DNA from: a virus
Lineage: Duplodnaviria; Caudoviricetes
Strand: one strand, 5' to 3'
DNA length: 64,000 nt
IMG/VR virus record: IMGVR_UViG_3300037400_003220
Location: 1-64,000 of that record
Shown in pieces: positions 28,379 through 38,231 of this stretch (positions are counted from its first letter, which is position 1; each line of letters starts with the position of its first letter). The translations under genes and the position numbers were made by a program. The notes beneath the pieces were generated by a model. The model was not told where the DNA came from and did no database searches. It worked only from the letters and a program-made list of their open reading frames with translations.

Positions 28379-30013
28379 TTAATATAAGTAATCATTTAGA
28401 TATATTTGTTTGTTTTTTATTGGCGGATATAGAACCCGTTTTTGCCCAGTCTTTAACGGTGTTTCTATCTCATCGGAAACGTAAAGTTCCTTTAAACTAT
28501 TCTCTAATTCTTTACTCCACCCTTCTACACTATTGCACATAAATTTAATTTTTGGGTCTACAAGTGCTTTTTGAAATTCATTTTTGTAAATATCATGACT
28601 CCATATTCCTAACCGTATCTCGGAATCAAACACAGGTTTATCGTGTTCGTAGTAGTTAAAATAAACATCTTCTAACACATAACTTTCATTTATTAAATTG
28701 AATTTATCAATGATGACCCGTAATTTGTTAATGTCATACCAATATGGATAATGCGTCGTATAATTAACGTGCGGTAACCCATCTTTATTAAATAATTGTC
28801 TTGTTTTCCACTTATCATGTCTCCAAAAACTTGTAGGGGCTAATTTATTACCTACAAACGATGAACTATGATAATGTGTTTGTAGTATATCAAATAAGGT
28901 AAACGGTTTAATTGCGTACTCGTCATCACATATTGCTACAAAACCAGAATATTTACCCTCATATTTGTCCATCACAGTCACAAATTTATTGAGAATATCA
29001 AGATGTGCATTATATTGCCCATCAACTTTTTTTCTTGATTTACATTTAATAAACTCTACCCACGAGAATTTTTTCTCAAATGTTTCATCATACTCACCAA
29101 TGACAACAAAATGATATTTGAATGTGCAATTCTTTCTCCATAGTGATAACGTCATCTCTAATTCAGTACCTTGCGCGCCACTTTGTTTATATGGTAACAC
29201 AACTAATATTTCGTCTTTCAACGCTTCCATAAGTTCGGTTTTCATACATTTTAATTCTGGGTTGAGTTTAAAAAAGAAATCATCTGTTCTTGAGATTCCA
29301 ATAAAAAAGCCTCTTTTATATTTTTTGTCGACGTATTCTTCCCATGATTTAGTTATGTAATGCCTAACATATATTTTATCAAACACTTCACTTTCTCTGT
29401 CATTTGTGAAATCTGTTCTGCACCATTTACATTGGTCTGAAGGTTGGTGGTTTGTAAAATAATTATTAGGTTTAAATGTGTTCAAATTATAACACGTTTT
29501 TGTATGGAAAATAGGGTTATTATTAACAACACCATTACTTTTATAAGGATATGCCTCAACAACACCGCTATTACGGTAGTTTGGGCGATTGATGTGACCG
29601 CACGCACCATAATTCTCCCATGACATTACAAATGCATCATATCCAGAAAATAATTCAATTGTTTCATTTAAATTATCACACGAAATAAACTCATCCGCAT
29701 CTATAATAAAACACCAATCATATAAATGTTCTTTTTGTATTGAAAGCATTGCGTTTCTGAAATATAATGTTTGAACATTTACTCTGTTTTGTTGTTTTAA
29801 CCTTATCGCTTCACGTTGCTGTATTTCATTCAAAACAGTGTTAATGCTACTCAGAGAAACGCAGTCATACTTATCACATATTTTTTTATGTGATTCGCTA
29901 TCAATATCTTCAAATATGAAAATACGATCAATACCTAGATTAAGGTGATATTGAATCCACTCATCTAGGTATTGATGCTCATTTTTTATTACCGTGCAAA
30001 TACAAATTTTCAT
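28379..30013 (-). CDS. two-domain GT-A glycosyltransferase (GT2/GT92-like N-terminus)
   Basis: CTVIKNEHQYLDEWIQYHLNLGIDRIFIFED, IIDADEF; second domain with ICDDEY. Confidence 0.75.
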   Translation of the reverse strand: MKICICTVIKNEHQYLDEWIQYHLNLGIDRIFIFEDIDSESHKKICDKYDCVSLSSINTVLNEIQQREAIRLKQQNRVNVQTLYFRNAMLSIQKEHLYDWCFIIDADEFISCDNLNETIELFSGYDAFVMSWENYGACGHINRPNYRNSGVVEAYPYKSNGVVNNNPIFHTKTCYNLNTFKPNNYFTNHQPSDQCKWCRTDFTNDRESEVFDKIYVRHYITKSWEEYVDKKYKRGFFIGISRTDDFFFKLNPELKCMKTELMEALKDEILVVLPYKQSGAQGTELEMTLSLWRKNCTFKYHFVVIGEYDETFEKKFSWVEFIKCKSRKKVDGQYNAHLDILNKFVTVMDKYEGKYSGFVAICDDEYAIKPFTLFDILQTHYHSSSFVGNKLAPTSFWRHDKWKTRQLFNKDGLPHVNYTTHYPYWYDINKLRVIIDKFNLINESYVLEDVYFNYYEHDKPVFDSEIRLGIWSHDIYKNEFQKALVDPKIKFMCNSVEGWSKELENSLKELYVSDEIETPLKTGQKRVLYPPIKNKQIYLNDYLY

Positions 30014-30016
30014 ACA

Positions 30017-30876
30017 TTATTCAGACTCAGAAAGACATCCTGCATTATAATAATACGCCCATTGTTCTTCAGCCACATATGCGCCCAAACTACCTTGAGG
30101 TACATAAATATTTAAAACAGCGTCTCCAGGTCCACTTTGATCTCCTGGTACTGCACCAAATGGGTTGTTGCCTACTTCTATTGGCGTTGATGAATGAATT
30201 ACTGCGGTTAATTCATTGCCACCATATTGTGAAAATACTTTAAACGCGTCGTATCCAATATATGTAACACTTTCAGGAATTTCTACATAAGTAAGGCTAT
30301 GACAGTCTAGGAATGCACAATCTCCTATATTGGTTATAGTATCACTTAATTGTACTGTTGTTAATTGTGTTTCATTAATGAATGTTTGATATTCTATTGA
30401 ATTGGCAGTATTACCAAAAACAATAGAAACCAATGGGCTGTCATGTTCATATGATTCATTATTTATTATTGAGTCTTCAGATTCACTTGTTGTTCCATCA
30501 GCATATGTGAATATTGTTTTTGTGAACCGCTACCTGAACCACTTCCACTTCCTGAGCCGCTACCTGAACCACTTCCACTTCCTGAGCCGCTACCTGAACC
30601 ACTTCCACTTCCTGAGCCGCTACCTGAGCCGCCGCCTGCTACATTGATTACTAAATCAACAGAACTCAAACCATCTACGCCGTAGTCAGATGCATTTATA
30701 GTAAAGTTACCATTTTTATCAATTGTGATACTAACAGGTTCATCTTTAATGGTTTTTCCACCCACCATTTTATCAATATCCTCTTGTCTTAATGGGAAAA
30801 TTGATACATTACCAATCGGGGCCTCTTGAATTCCGCCAAAATAGTAATTTTCGTCATTATAATCTATTCTATTCAT
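30017..30876 (-). CDS. Gly-Ser-linker / BspA-type LRR surface protein split by a -1 frameshift near 30515-30529
   Basis: Frame 0 (30876) runs through (GS)n to TAA at 30466. The -1 frame, open from 30529, reads TKTIFTYADGTTSE...SDTITNIGDCAFLDCHSLTYVEIPESVTYIGYDAF. Confidence 0.65.
30527..30627. repeat. 30-bp tandem repeat, three perfect copies plus a partial copy, encoding (GS)n
   Basis: Unit ccgctacctgaaccacttccacttcctgag at 30527, 30557 and 30587. Confidence 0.95.
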
Positions 30877-31035
30877 AATTATTTTGTTTATTTAATCATT
30901 CAACCAAGCATCAAACTTAGAATATTTATCATTTGACTCTTTTATCACTAGTTTGTTATTGTTTTTTTTAGTTAATATTTTTCAATGTATATATAAATAG
31001 TTTTTAATAATAAAAAAATCGCCGTTAAGCGACTT

Positions 31036-32382
31036 TTATTTACTATGATTTCTTATTATATTCTCCAACTCGTTTATTTCATACAGATTATTATTGTATA
31101 TTCCATTGTATATCGGTTTCAAGTAATCTATAGTATCTTTGTTGCTGGCAACATATAATATCTTAACACCATTCTCTTCGCATTCAACATTTTTTGATAT
31201 ATCATATCTAACTTGCTTTATAAATTTATCATCCCCACCAAAATATTTTAGTGGAGCAAAATGTTGCTCACCCTGGCATTCTATTGCTAATTTATATCTT
31301 GGTATGTAGAAATCAAAACTTTTCATCCCTAGCCAATCAAACCTCTTCTGTCTTATAAATAACAATCCTAATTTTTTTAATAACATGTTTACATCTCTTT
31401 CTAAATGGGATTCATTACAATATGGACAAGCATCTCCTCTTGTTATCACATGATTTGGCGTTACGTTAAACTCACCATGCTTTGGGCATATTATAGTGAC
31501 TTTAGTGTTGGAATTTACATATTTCACTTTAGAAAAATCATAATTCAAACCCCTGTAAATATCTTTTAGTTCTTCAATAAAAGTTTCATTACTTTTTCTT
31601 ATTGTATTACCTCTCCTTTCGTCATAACATTTTTGACACCCATGCCCTTGCAGGTGATATAACGGCGTCATAAAAAATGAACCGTGTTTTTGACATATAA
31701 TTTCAACTTTTTTCTTGTTTCCTTGATAATTAACTTTTGAGTAATCATATTTATCACCATGTATTGCGCGTGCTTCAGTAATAAATTGTTCGGTAGTTTT
31801 CTTTTTGCTTTTAAAACACATTGGGCATCTATCCCCACATAAATGACGACTAGGTGTTTGCAAAAATTCACCATGTTCAGGGCAAACTATACATACTTTT
31901 GTTTTGTTATTAATATACTTAACTTTCGAATAATCATATATGCTACCATGCACTTCTCTTGCTCTCTCAATAAAACTTTCAGTTGTTAATTTTTTAACAC
32001 CGCCACAGGCTTGGCATCCATGACCATTTAAAAAATCATTAGCCTTTATTTTGAAATCTCCGTGTATCGGACATGTTATTACAACAGGCTTTGTTATTCC
32101 GTTATATATAGTGTTATTATACGAATATCTATCACCCCATTTCTCTTTACACTTCTTTATAAAAGTCTCTGTTGTGTATTTCAACCTTCTTTTTTCTTTT
32201 GCACAAATAGGGCATCCTCCACCATTAATGTGTGTGTACTGATCTTGCCAAAATTCGCCATGTTCTGGGCATATTATGCACAATTTATCATGGGCCTTTT
32301 TAAATACAACCTTAGAATAATCGTATTTATCTCCATGAATAAATTTTGCTTTTTTAATAAAAATTTCTCGCTTGTCTATCAT
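31036..32382 (-). CDS. DUF723-type zinc-ribbon-repeat homing nuclease (PD-(D/E)xK/Vsr-like)
   Basis: Five CPxHGxF...GCxxC-type repeats; FDFYIPRYKLAIECQGEQH...DISKNVECEENGVKILY. Confidence 0.82.
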   Translation of the reverse strand: MIDKREIFIKKAKFIHGDKYDYSKVVFKKAHDKLCIICPEHGEFWQDQYTHINGGGCPICAKEKRRLKYTTETFIKKCKEKWGDRYSYNNTIYNGITKPVVITCPIHGDFKIKANDFLNGHGCQACGGVKKLTTESFIERAREVHGSIYDYSKVKYINNKTKVCIVCPEHGEFLQTPSRHLCGDRCPMCFKSKKKTTEQFITEARAIHGDKYDYSKVNYQGNKKKVEIICQKHGSFFMTPLYHLQGHGCQKCYDERRGNTIRKSNETFIEELKDIYRGLNYDFSKVKYVNSNTKVTIICPKHGEFNVTPNHVITRGDACPYCNESHLERDVNMLLKKLGLLFIRQKRFDWLGMKSFDFYIPRYKLAIECQGEQHFAPLKYFGGDDKFIKQVRYDISKNVECEENGVKILYVASNKDTIDYLKPIYNGIYNNNLYEINELENIIRNHSK

Positions 32383-32462
32383 ATTTATTTTTCCCTTATT
32401 AATAAATATAATAAAAGCGAGAAAAAGTCAAGACTAATTATGATTTTTTTTGCGGGGATATC

Positions 32463-33188
32463 TTACGAATTTAATAACCACTTATCAAATTTTGAATATT
32501 TATCGTGGTTTTCCAAGACAGTTTCTTTGCCCGTACATTCTTTTGATTCTATAAACGGCTCTAATTCAGAGTCTTCTAACCTTATAATAGCACCAGGTGT
32601 ACTATTTTGTGTAACAACGTCCCAACATACCAGTTCCAGATCATCCCCAACAATTAATTTACCTAATTGTTGTGTAACACTTCCAAGTGCTCTACTTGAT
32701 ACTCCGATTCTTAAACCAGAAATAATCCATTGTGCAACGGTATCAGCAAGGTTAGAACAAATTCCATATCTTCTGAAACCCTCTGTTATAGGTAATTCCA
32801 TTTTGCCAACTAATGTTCTACCCACCCAGTGCAATTCTATAATATTCATACATATTCTTTCGCCATCAATTGCACTTTCTTCTGGGTGATTTAGTTGGCC
32901 ATATGCTCGTCTTTCTTTAATGGCCTGTTGATATTTTTCAACCTCTCTTTTTAATACTGTTTCTGGATATATTCTTCCATTTGCATTCTCAATCCCATAT
33001 TTCTGGAATACTGCAGATACGACGAATGGGCGAGGTAGATCGTGCGCCACCCCACTATTAAAATCGTCGATAGATTCTTTAATTAACTTGTTCTCTTTTG
33101 AGTTAATATCTATAAAACCATCACTTTCAATTAATAGGCCAGTTCCTGTTTGTCCTTTTTTTATTTCAACTAATTGCTCTCTTTTCAT
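32463..33188 (-). CDS. prohead maturation protease (T4 gp21-like)
   Basis: NANGRIYP...YGQLNHPE, IGVSSRALGSV, WDVVTQNSTPGA; start set at MKREQL because the late motif lies at 33222-33229. Confidence 0.92.
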   Translation of the reverse strand: MKREQLVEIKKGQTGTGLLIESDGFIDINSKENKLIKESIDDFNSGVAHDLPRPFVVSAVFQKYGIENANGRIYPETVLKREVEKYQQAIKERRAYGQLNHPEESAIDGERICMNIIELHWVGRTLVGKMELPITEGFRRYGICSNLADTVAQWIISGLRIGVSSRALGSVTQQLGKLIVGDDLELVCWDVVTQNSTPGAIIRLEDSELEPFIESKECTGKETVLENHDKYSKFDKWLLNS

Positions 33189-33254
33189 ATTATACTTCCG
33201 TAAATATTGTTCTACTTTATATATAAATAGTCTTTTGTTCACAAAAACAACAAA

Positions 33255-34886
33255 TTATTTCCTAATATTTCTCCTCACTACACATCTCTTCCTATTTTTA
33301 AATCTTAGATATGTATTATTAAGTGTACTGCTGTTATAAATTTGTGAGTATGGGGTTTCGTTAAGGCTTATTTTTGTTTTTTGTTCTTTATTTGTTTCTA
33401 TTTTTACTTTTGGATCTTGTTTTATCTCTGTTTTTATTATTTTACTTTTATTATTCTTATCGTGAGATAGAGCAACATTGTATAAATCTCTATAGTAAAA
33501 ATCTTCTGTAACCCCAATATCTTTCACACTGATATAAGTTACATTATTATTTGTTTCTTTATTTATTAAAACATGTGTCGTTTGTGACAATCCGTCAAGA
33601 TTATAGTCTATGTCATTTTTTACATATCTACTATATATGCTTTGATTGAATTTTAATTGTTCTCTATTTAAAAAAGTCCTTCTTGGATGTGTTATATGGC
33701 ATAGAGTATTTTCGAGCCTGCGCATTTTTAATTTCAACCCTAAAATATTATCCTCGCATCCCCAACCAATACATAAATTTGAGAAGCCATTTATCTTTGT
33801 AAAATCAGAAGACTTCATAAAATTAAACGCACCAAATCCTTCTAACCTCTTTTCTGTTCTGTCAATTACATATTTTTTACCTTCCGTAAAATGCACTTGT
33901 GCTATTCTATCAAACATTAACAATGGAGAGTTAGTCTTGTTGTATTCATCAATCAAATTTATTTTTTTAGTATTGAAAATATCATTATCTATTAGGCCAA
34001 TCCATTTGGTATCAGAATAGTTAAACGCTATATTAAACAATTGTCCCCTTTTAAAATCAGTTTCATCATCTTGAGTAATAACAATGAATTTTATACCTTC
34101 AAAGTATTCATTGAAGGTTTCATTGAAATTATTTATTACATAATCTATGTTTTTACCGCCTCTATTTGGTATAATAAAAGTAACTTCACTTATGTTGCTA
34201 TGTTGCTCATTTAATGCTTTGTTTAATATGTTATTTATTCTATTTTTTACTTCTTTAATGCCATATTTTCTTGAATACCAACAATGTATACAAAGTTTAT
34301 TTTTGTCATAAAAAATTGTTGTGGCATACATTGTATCACCGTTTAAAACCTGACAATAATCGTCACTAATATCATTTAATTCCATAAAATTCATTTTTAA
34401 CTCATATCTTAAAAAACATAACATTTTGTAATATGGTTCAAATGCGTCACATGACACTGTTTTATTGCTTTCATATAGATCACAAGGAACGGTATATTTA
34501 TTATATTCGGATTCAGATATTTCCCTCATTTTTTTGCACTTAAATACTGTGAAAAATAGATTTGGAACATCATTTCTATGATGGCGCATTAAAGATACAC
34601 CACCATCTGGCATTCCACAAATATCCATGTCATTTTCTTCCATATCATTTATTATGTCAAAAACAGCATTTTCATCATAAATGAAGCAATCTTCATCCAC
34701 AAATACTATATAATCAAATTTATCTTGTAACCTATCATGCAAAAAACATTTCTCCAATAATTTTTTACCATATAAATAATTTCCGCCAAATATATCAATT
34801 GATGGTAATTTTGTTAATTTTGTTTTTTCTAAAACCTCGCGATTAATATAGTTTCTTATAGCGATTATACTTGATTTATCTATCAT
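33255..34886 (-). CDS. two-domain glycosyltransferase (GT-A plus GT7 galactosyltransferase-like)
   Basis: VFVDEDCF; FKRGQLFNIAF...LIDND...GWGCEDN. Confidence 0.78.
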   Translation of the reverse strand: MIDKSSIIAIRNYINREVLEKTKLTKLPSIDIFGGNYLYGKKLLEKCFLHDRLQDKFDYIVFVDEDCFIYDENAVFDIINDMEENDMDICGMPDGGVSLMRHHRNDVPNLFFTVFKCKKMREISESEYNKYTVPCDLYESNKTVSCDAFEPYYKMLCFLRYELKMNFMELNDISDDYCQVLNGDTMYATTIFYDKNKLCIHCWYSRKYGIKEVKNRINNILNKALNEQHSNISEVTFIIPNRGGKNIDYVINNFNETFNEYFEGIKFIVITQDDETDFKRGQLFNIAFNYSDTKWIGLIDNDIFNTKKINLIDEYNKTNSPLLMFDRIAQVHFTEGKKYVIDRTEKRLEGFGAFNFMKSSDFTKINGFSNLCIGWGCEDNILGLKLKMRRLENTLCHITHPRRTFLNREQLKFNQSIYSRYVKNDIDYNLDGLSQTTHVLINKETNNNVTYISVKDIGVTEDFYYRDLYNVALSHDKNNKSKIIKTEIKQDPKVKIETNKEQKTKISLNETPYSQIYNSSTLNNTYLRFKNRKRCVVRRNIRK

Positions 34887-35809
34887 TTCCGAACTCTCTT
34901 TTTTACCACTCTTCTGTTAAATTTATTACTTTTTATCTCAGATATTCCCAAATATATTGACGATAAAACTTGCAAACCATCTTTTGTATTATTTGAACTT
35001 GAGGTGTGTTTTATTCGTCCAGACGCATCACATCCGCTTATTTTGCTGCTGACATAATCAGTAATTTTTATTAGATTTATTTTCATTGCATCCCACTTTC
35101 TTTTAAACTCGGCGTCTGATATCATATATTGTATACCATAGCCATTTTTAATATCGTTTACCCCACGCCTTTTTCGCGCCAGATTTTTCTTAAATAAACA
35201 GAACTCACGATCAATCCATTTTAAATGAAACGATTTTATTACGCCTTCATTCAACGATTTCAATTCTTTTCCGTCATTAAGTACAACATTTGCCATATGT
35301 GCGCCAGGAGTATAAGTTATTGATTTAAAAGTGTCTAATTTAAATAGTGTCATTTTACAGCCGTTAAGTCCCCAAAACACTCCGCCATCACATGACTCGT
35401 GCACGAACTTATTTTTATCTGGAAAATGTTCGCAAATAGTCTCAAACATTTCTTGATTCAAGTAGTTATAACCATCTTTTGCTTTTTCCTCCAGATACTC
35501 TTTTAGCCTACCAGGATAATATATTACTTCATCAAAATCAGAAACAAACATCCATGCATCTTTTTCGTCCTTAAATTCTTTCCATACACGATTTTTAATA
35601 TCTATTATTATTTGGTTGCTTTTAGAACCTCCAGTGTCAAATGTTCTTACTTCAATAAATGGATATTTCTTTAGTAACTCAACGGTATTATCGTTAGATT
35701 GATTATCATATACTATCAATTTGTCAAACCCCATATGTTCAAGATATTTCATAACATATGGAACCATAAGCGACTCATTGTATGTAAAAGTAACTCCGTA
35801 TAATTTCAT
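34883..35809 (-). CDS. GT2/GT92-like glycosyltransferase
   Basis: TYNESLMVPY...LIVYDNQSNDNT, VSDFDEVIY. Confidence 0.78.
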   Translation of the reverse strand: MKLYGVTFTYNESLMVPYVMKYLEHMGFDKLIVYDNQSNDNTVELLKKYPFIEVRTFDTGGSKSNQIIIDIKNRVWKEFKDEKDAWMFVSDFDEVIYYPGRLKEYLEEKAKDGYNYLNQEMFETICEHFPDKNKFVHESCDGGVFWGLNGCKMTLFKLDTFKSITYTPGAHMANVVLNDGKELKSLNEGVIKSFHLKWIDREFCLFKKNLARKRRGVNDIKNGYGIQYMISDAEFKRKWDAMKINLIKITDYVSSKISGCDASGRIKHTSSSNNTKDGLQVLSSIYLGISEIKSNKFNRRVVKKRVRK

Positions 35810-35810
35810 A

Positions 35811-36692
35811 TTAATGTTTTTTTACCACCCTTCTTTTAACTGCCTTAAATTTCATTAATTTATAATTGTTCGTATCAATGCCGTATATTGGACCATACAT
35901 TAATTCCATTGTTGCTTTATTTATTTTTCTCTCTTCTTCCTTGTAGTCAATATTATCATATGCAGTTATGTATTGTTTCCAGAAACCTTCATTAAATTTT
36001 CTAAATGCGTGGCACCCCATTGGTAATTTATTTCCATTTCTTTGATATTGGATGTGTGGAATTTCCTGGAAACTAAACTCTCTACACAGTTCAATCGGTG
36101 CTAGTTTAAAATTAGACTTCAACTGTTGTGTAAAGGCACAATCTTCAAGATTTTTAAACCTAGAAAAATCAGTTTTTTTACACACCTCAATGAAAGGTTT
36201 TATTCTTCTTAAACAGAATCCTCCGTTTCCATTTTCACCATATTTCTCATGCCAAGCAAAGCCAATTAAATGCGGAGCACCAATGTAGTCGTAACCCTTT
36301 TGCGTGAAGTAGTCAAGCCTATCCTCAAATACCCACGCGTCAAGTTGATAAATTACCATGAATTCATACTCAGAAAAGGCATCGTAGAATTGCCATGCCT
36401 CACACATATCTGAATAACTTCTTTGGGATTTGAAAAAAGCATTGTTACAACGAAGTACTGAAAACTCGTAATCAGCAATACTATTGTATTTATTAACATC
36501 CAATGTCATTGGGCAAACTAGTACCAATTCATATTTATCACCAAGAATCTTAACTACTTGTTTTAAAGATTCTGTTTCAAAAAAATTTGGTTCTTGTTTG
36601 TATACTGGAATAGCAATTACACATTTTTTATTGCCTATATTGTTTCCGTGATGTTCTATTTTTGTGTCTATCCATTCAATTCTTGGCCACAT
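35811..36692 (-). CDS. DUF5672-like (glycosyltransferase-related) protein
   Basis: IAIPVYK...IYQLDAWVF...YDYIGAP...NGGFCLR...ED...PMGCH. Confidence 0.7.
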   Translation of the reverse strand: MWPRIEWIDTKIEHHGNNIGNKKCVIAIPVYKQEPNFFETESLKQVVKILGDKYELVLVCPMTLDVNKYNSIADYEFSVLRCNNAFFKSQRSYSDMCEAWQFYDAFSEYEFMVIYQLDAWVFEDRLDYFTQKGYDYIGAPHLIGFAWHEKYGENGNGGFCLRRIKPFIEVCKKTDFSRFKNLEDCAFTQQLKSNFKLAPIELCREFSFQEIPHIQYQRNGNKLPMGCHAFRKFNEGFWKQYITAYDNIDYKEEERKINKATMELMYGPIYGIDTNNYKLMKFKAVKRRVVKKH

Positions 36693-36696
36693 AATC

Positions 36697-37857
36697 TTAC
36701 TCCCCGCCTAATTCACTTTCGGTAAAATAACCATCAACTATTATTTCTTTTTCCTTTCTCTTATCTGCTAAATCCTTTTCAAACGATTGATAGTCTGAAT
36801 CATATTTGATTTTACTCATGATTTTATCCATACCATCTCTACCCAATTTAGTTCCAACCAATACCTCATCCATTAATGTGTTAAATTTCTCATTATCTAA
36901 TGACATTAACTTTTGAAGCAGTTTTTCGGTATAGGTGTCATCAAATTCTTCGCCACATATACTATTCCAAAACACTCGGCCTAAAATCATATAGTATGGT
37001 TCATCCTGTAATGTATCACAGCGATTAACTATATAATCTGCTCGTTTTTCTGGTAACGTGTTAAAAGTTAAAGCCTCAATACATCCGCGAATGGCTTCTG
37101 TTAATAAGAATGGAAATATTATACCTTCAGCAAGAATCTTGATATAATTTGATGAATCATCAACGGAAGTTTCAACATAAGCATCCTGCTGATTGTTATC
37201 ATCTGTTATCTCGTCGTGTTTGATTAATAACAAGTAATTATTAATTTTGATGATCTTTGTATATAAGTAAGGTAACTCCTCGTCTAACTCAAAAATCTCT
37301 TTAACACATTTTGTTAATAAATTGTCTGTTAATTCCAATGCCGCGCCAATTGTAATTGCGTTTGTATAACGTCTTCTAACTTCATCACTATCTTCATCAT
37401 TTATTTCATCAATACTATCATACTCAACTGGTACTTTCGTATCTGGTTTTACATGAAAGTCTTTTGATTGAGGAATAGAAGTTACAAGATTACATTCAAG
37501 TTCCAATTCTTTTCCATTTAATTCAAATAATGACAACACAATATCAGCACAAAGTTTTTCCAACTCTGCCTTAATCTTATTCTCTTTTTTTTGACAAATA
37601 AGGATTAACTTATTAAGTTTGTTCTCAATCTTATCGACTGGAAAATTTGTTATATCGTCTGAAAAAGAACTTACCGCGTTTTCATAAGCCGCCTCTAACA
37701 TGCGCATGATTGCTTCATCTATAAAAGACTTGTCACTTGATAACGGAAATTGCTTATTATGAACAGCATTTATCAGCCAAGAAGGTAATTCTCGGTTGTT
37801 TTCTAATGATTCTTTAATAAGTCTATATTGTTCTTTATTTATGAATATGTTTTTCAT
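36697..37857 (-). CDS. tagged hypothetical (putative head-internal) protein
   Basis: N-terminus MKNIFINKEQYRLIKESLE; lies in the core-protein cluster. Confidence 0.6.
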   Translation of the reverse strand: MKNIFINKEQYRLIKESLENNRELPSWLINAVHNKQFPLSSDKSFIDEAIMRMLEAAYENAVSSFSDDITNFPVDKIENKLNKLILICQKKENKIKAELEKLCADIVLSLFELNGKELELECNLVTSIPQSKDFHVKPDTKVPVEYDSIDEINDEDSDEVRRRYTNAITIGAALELTDNLLTKCVKEIFELDEELPYLYTKIIKINNYLLLIKHDEITDDNNQQDAYVETSVDDSSNYIKILAEGIIFPFLLTEAIRGCIEALTFNTLPEKRADYIVNRCDTLQDEPYYMILGRVFWNSICGEEFDDTYTEKLLQKLMSLDNEKFNTLMDEVLVGTKLGRDGMDKIMSKIKYDSDYQSFEKDLADKRKEKEIIVDGYFTESELGGE

Positions 37858-38156
37858 TTCAAATCTTTCTTTCTAACAGAATAAGAACTCTCTTTTAGAT
37901 ATTTTAACTTTGCTTCTTTTAGTTGCTTCTTGGTAACCGCTTCGCTTATACCAGCATTTTGCCTTAATGAATCAGCCGAAAATCCAACACTCACGCCTTT
38001 TTGTGTGTCAACACCTTGACTTTGTGCCGAGTCAATAGTGTTTTGTGCGGCACTTTTTAATTCTTTTGTCTGTGCAAGTTGCTCATCGCCACTTAATTGT
38101 ATTTCACTTAGCATACACTCTGCTAATTGTTCTTCAGTAAATAAAACTCTTTTCAT
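37854..38156 (-). CDS. small prohead core-like protein
   Basis: MKRVLFTEEQLAECMLSE...ISEAVTKKQLKEAKLKYLKESS; start set at 38156, downstream of the late motif at 38179-38186. Confidence 0.6.
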   Translation of the reverse strand: MKRVLFTEEQLAECMLSEIQLSGDEQLAQTKELKSAAQNTIDSAQSQGVDTQKGVSVGFSADSLRQNAGISEAVTKKQLKEAKLKYLKESSYSVRKKDLK

Positions 38157-38231
38157 AATTAAAACATAATTTTCTTTATATAAATATAAATAAATAAACA
38201 AAAAAGCCTCACTAATGTGAGACTTTTTCTA

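Noticed and set aside
30017-30433. Diversity-generating retroelement target
   Set aside because: No reverse transcriptase or template/variable repeat pair is seen in this window.
30527-30627. CRISPR array
   Set aside because: These are head-to-tail 30-bp repeats without spacers that encode a Gly-Ser linker; no cas genes are present.
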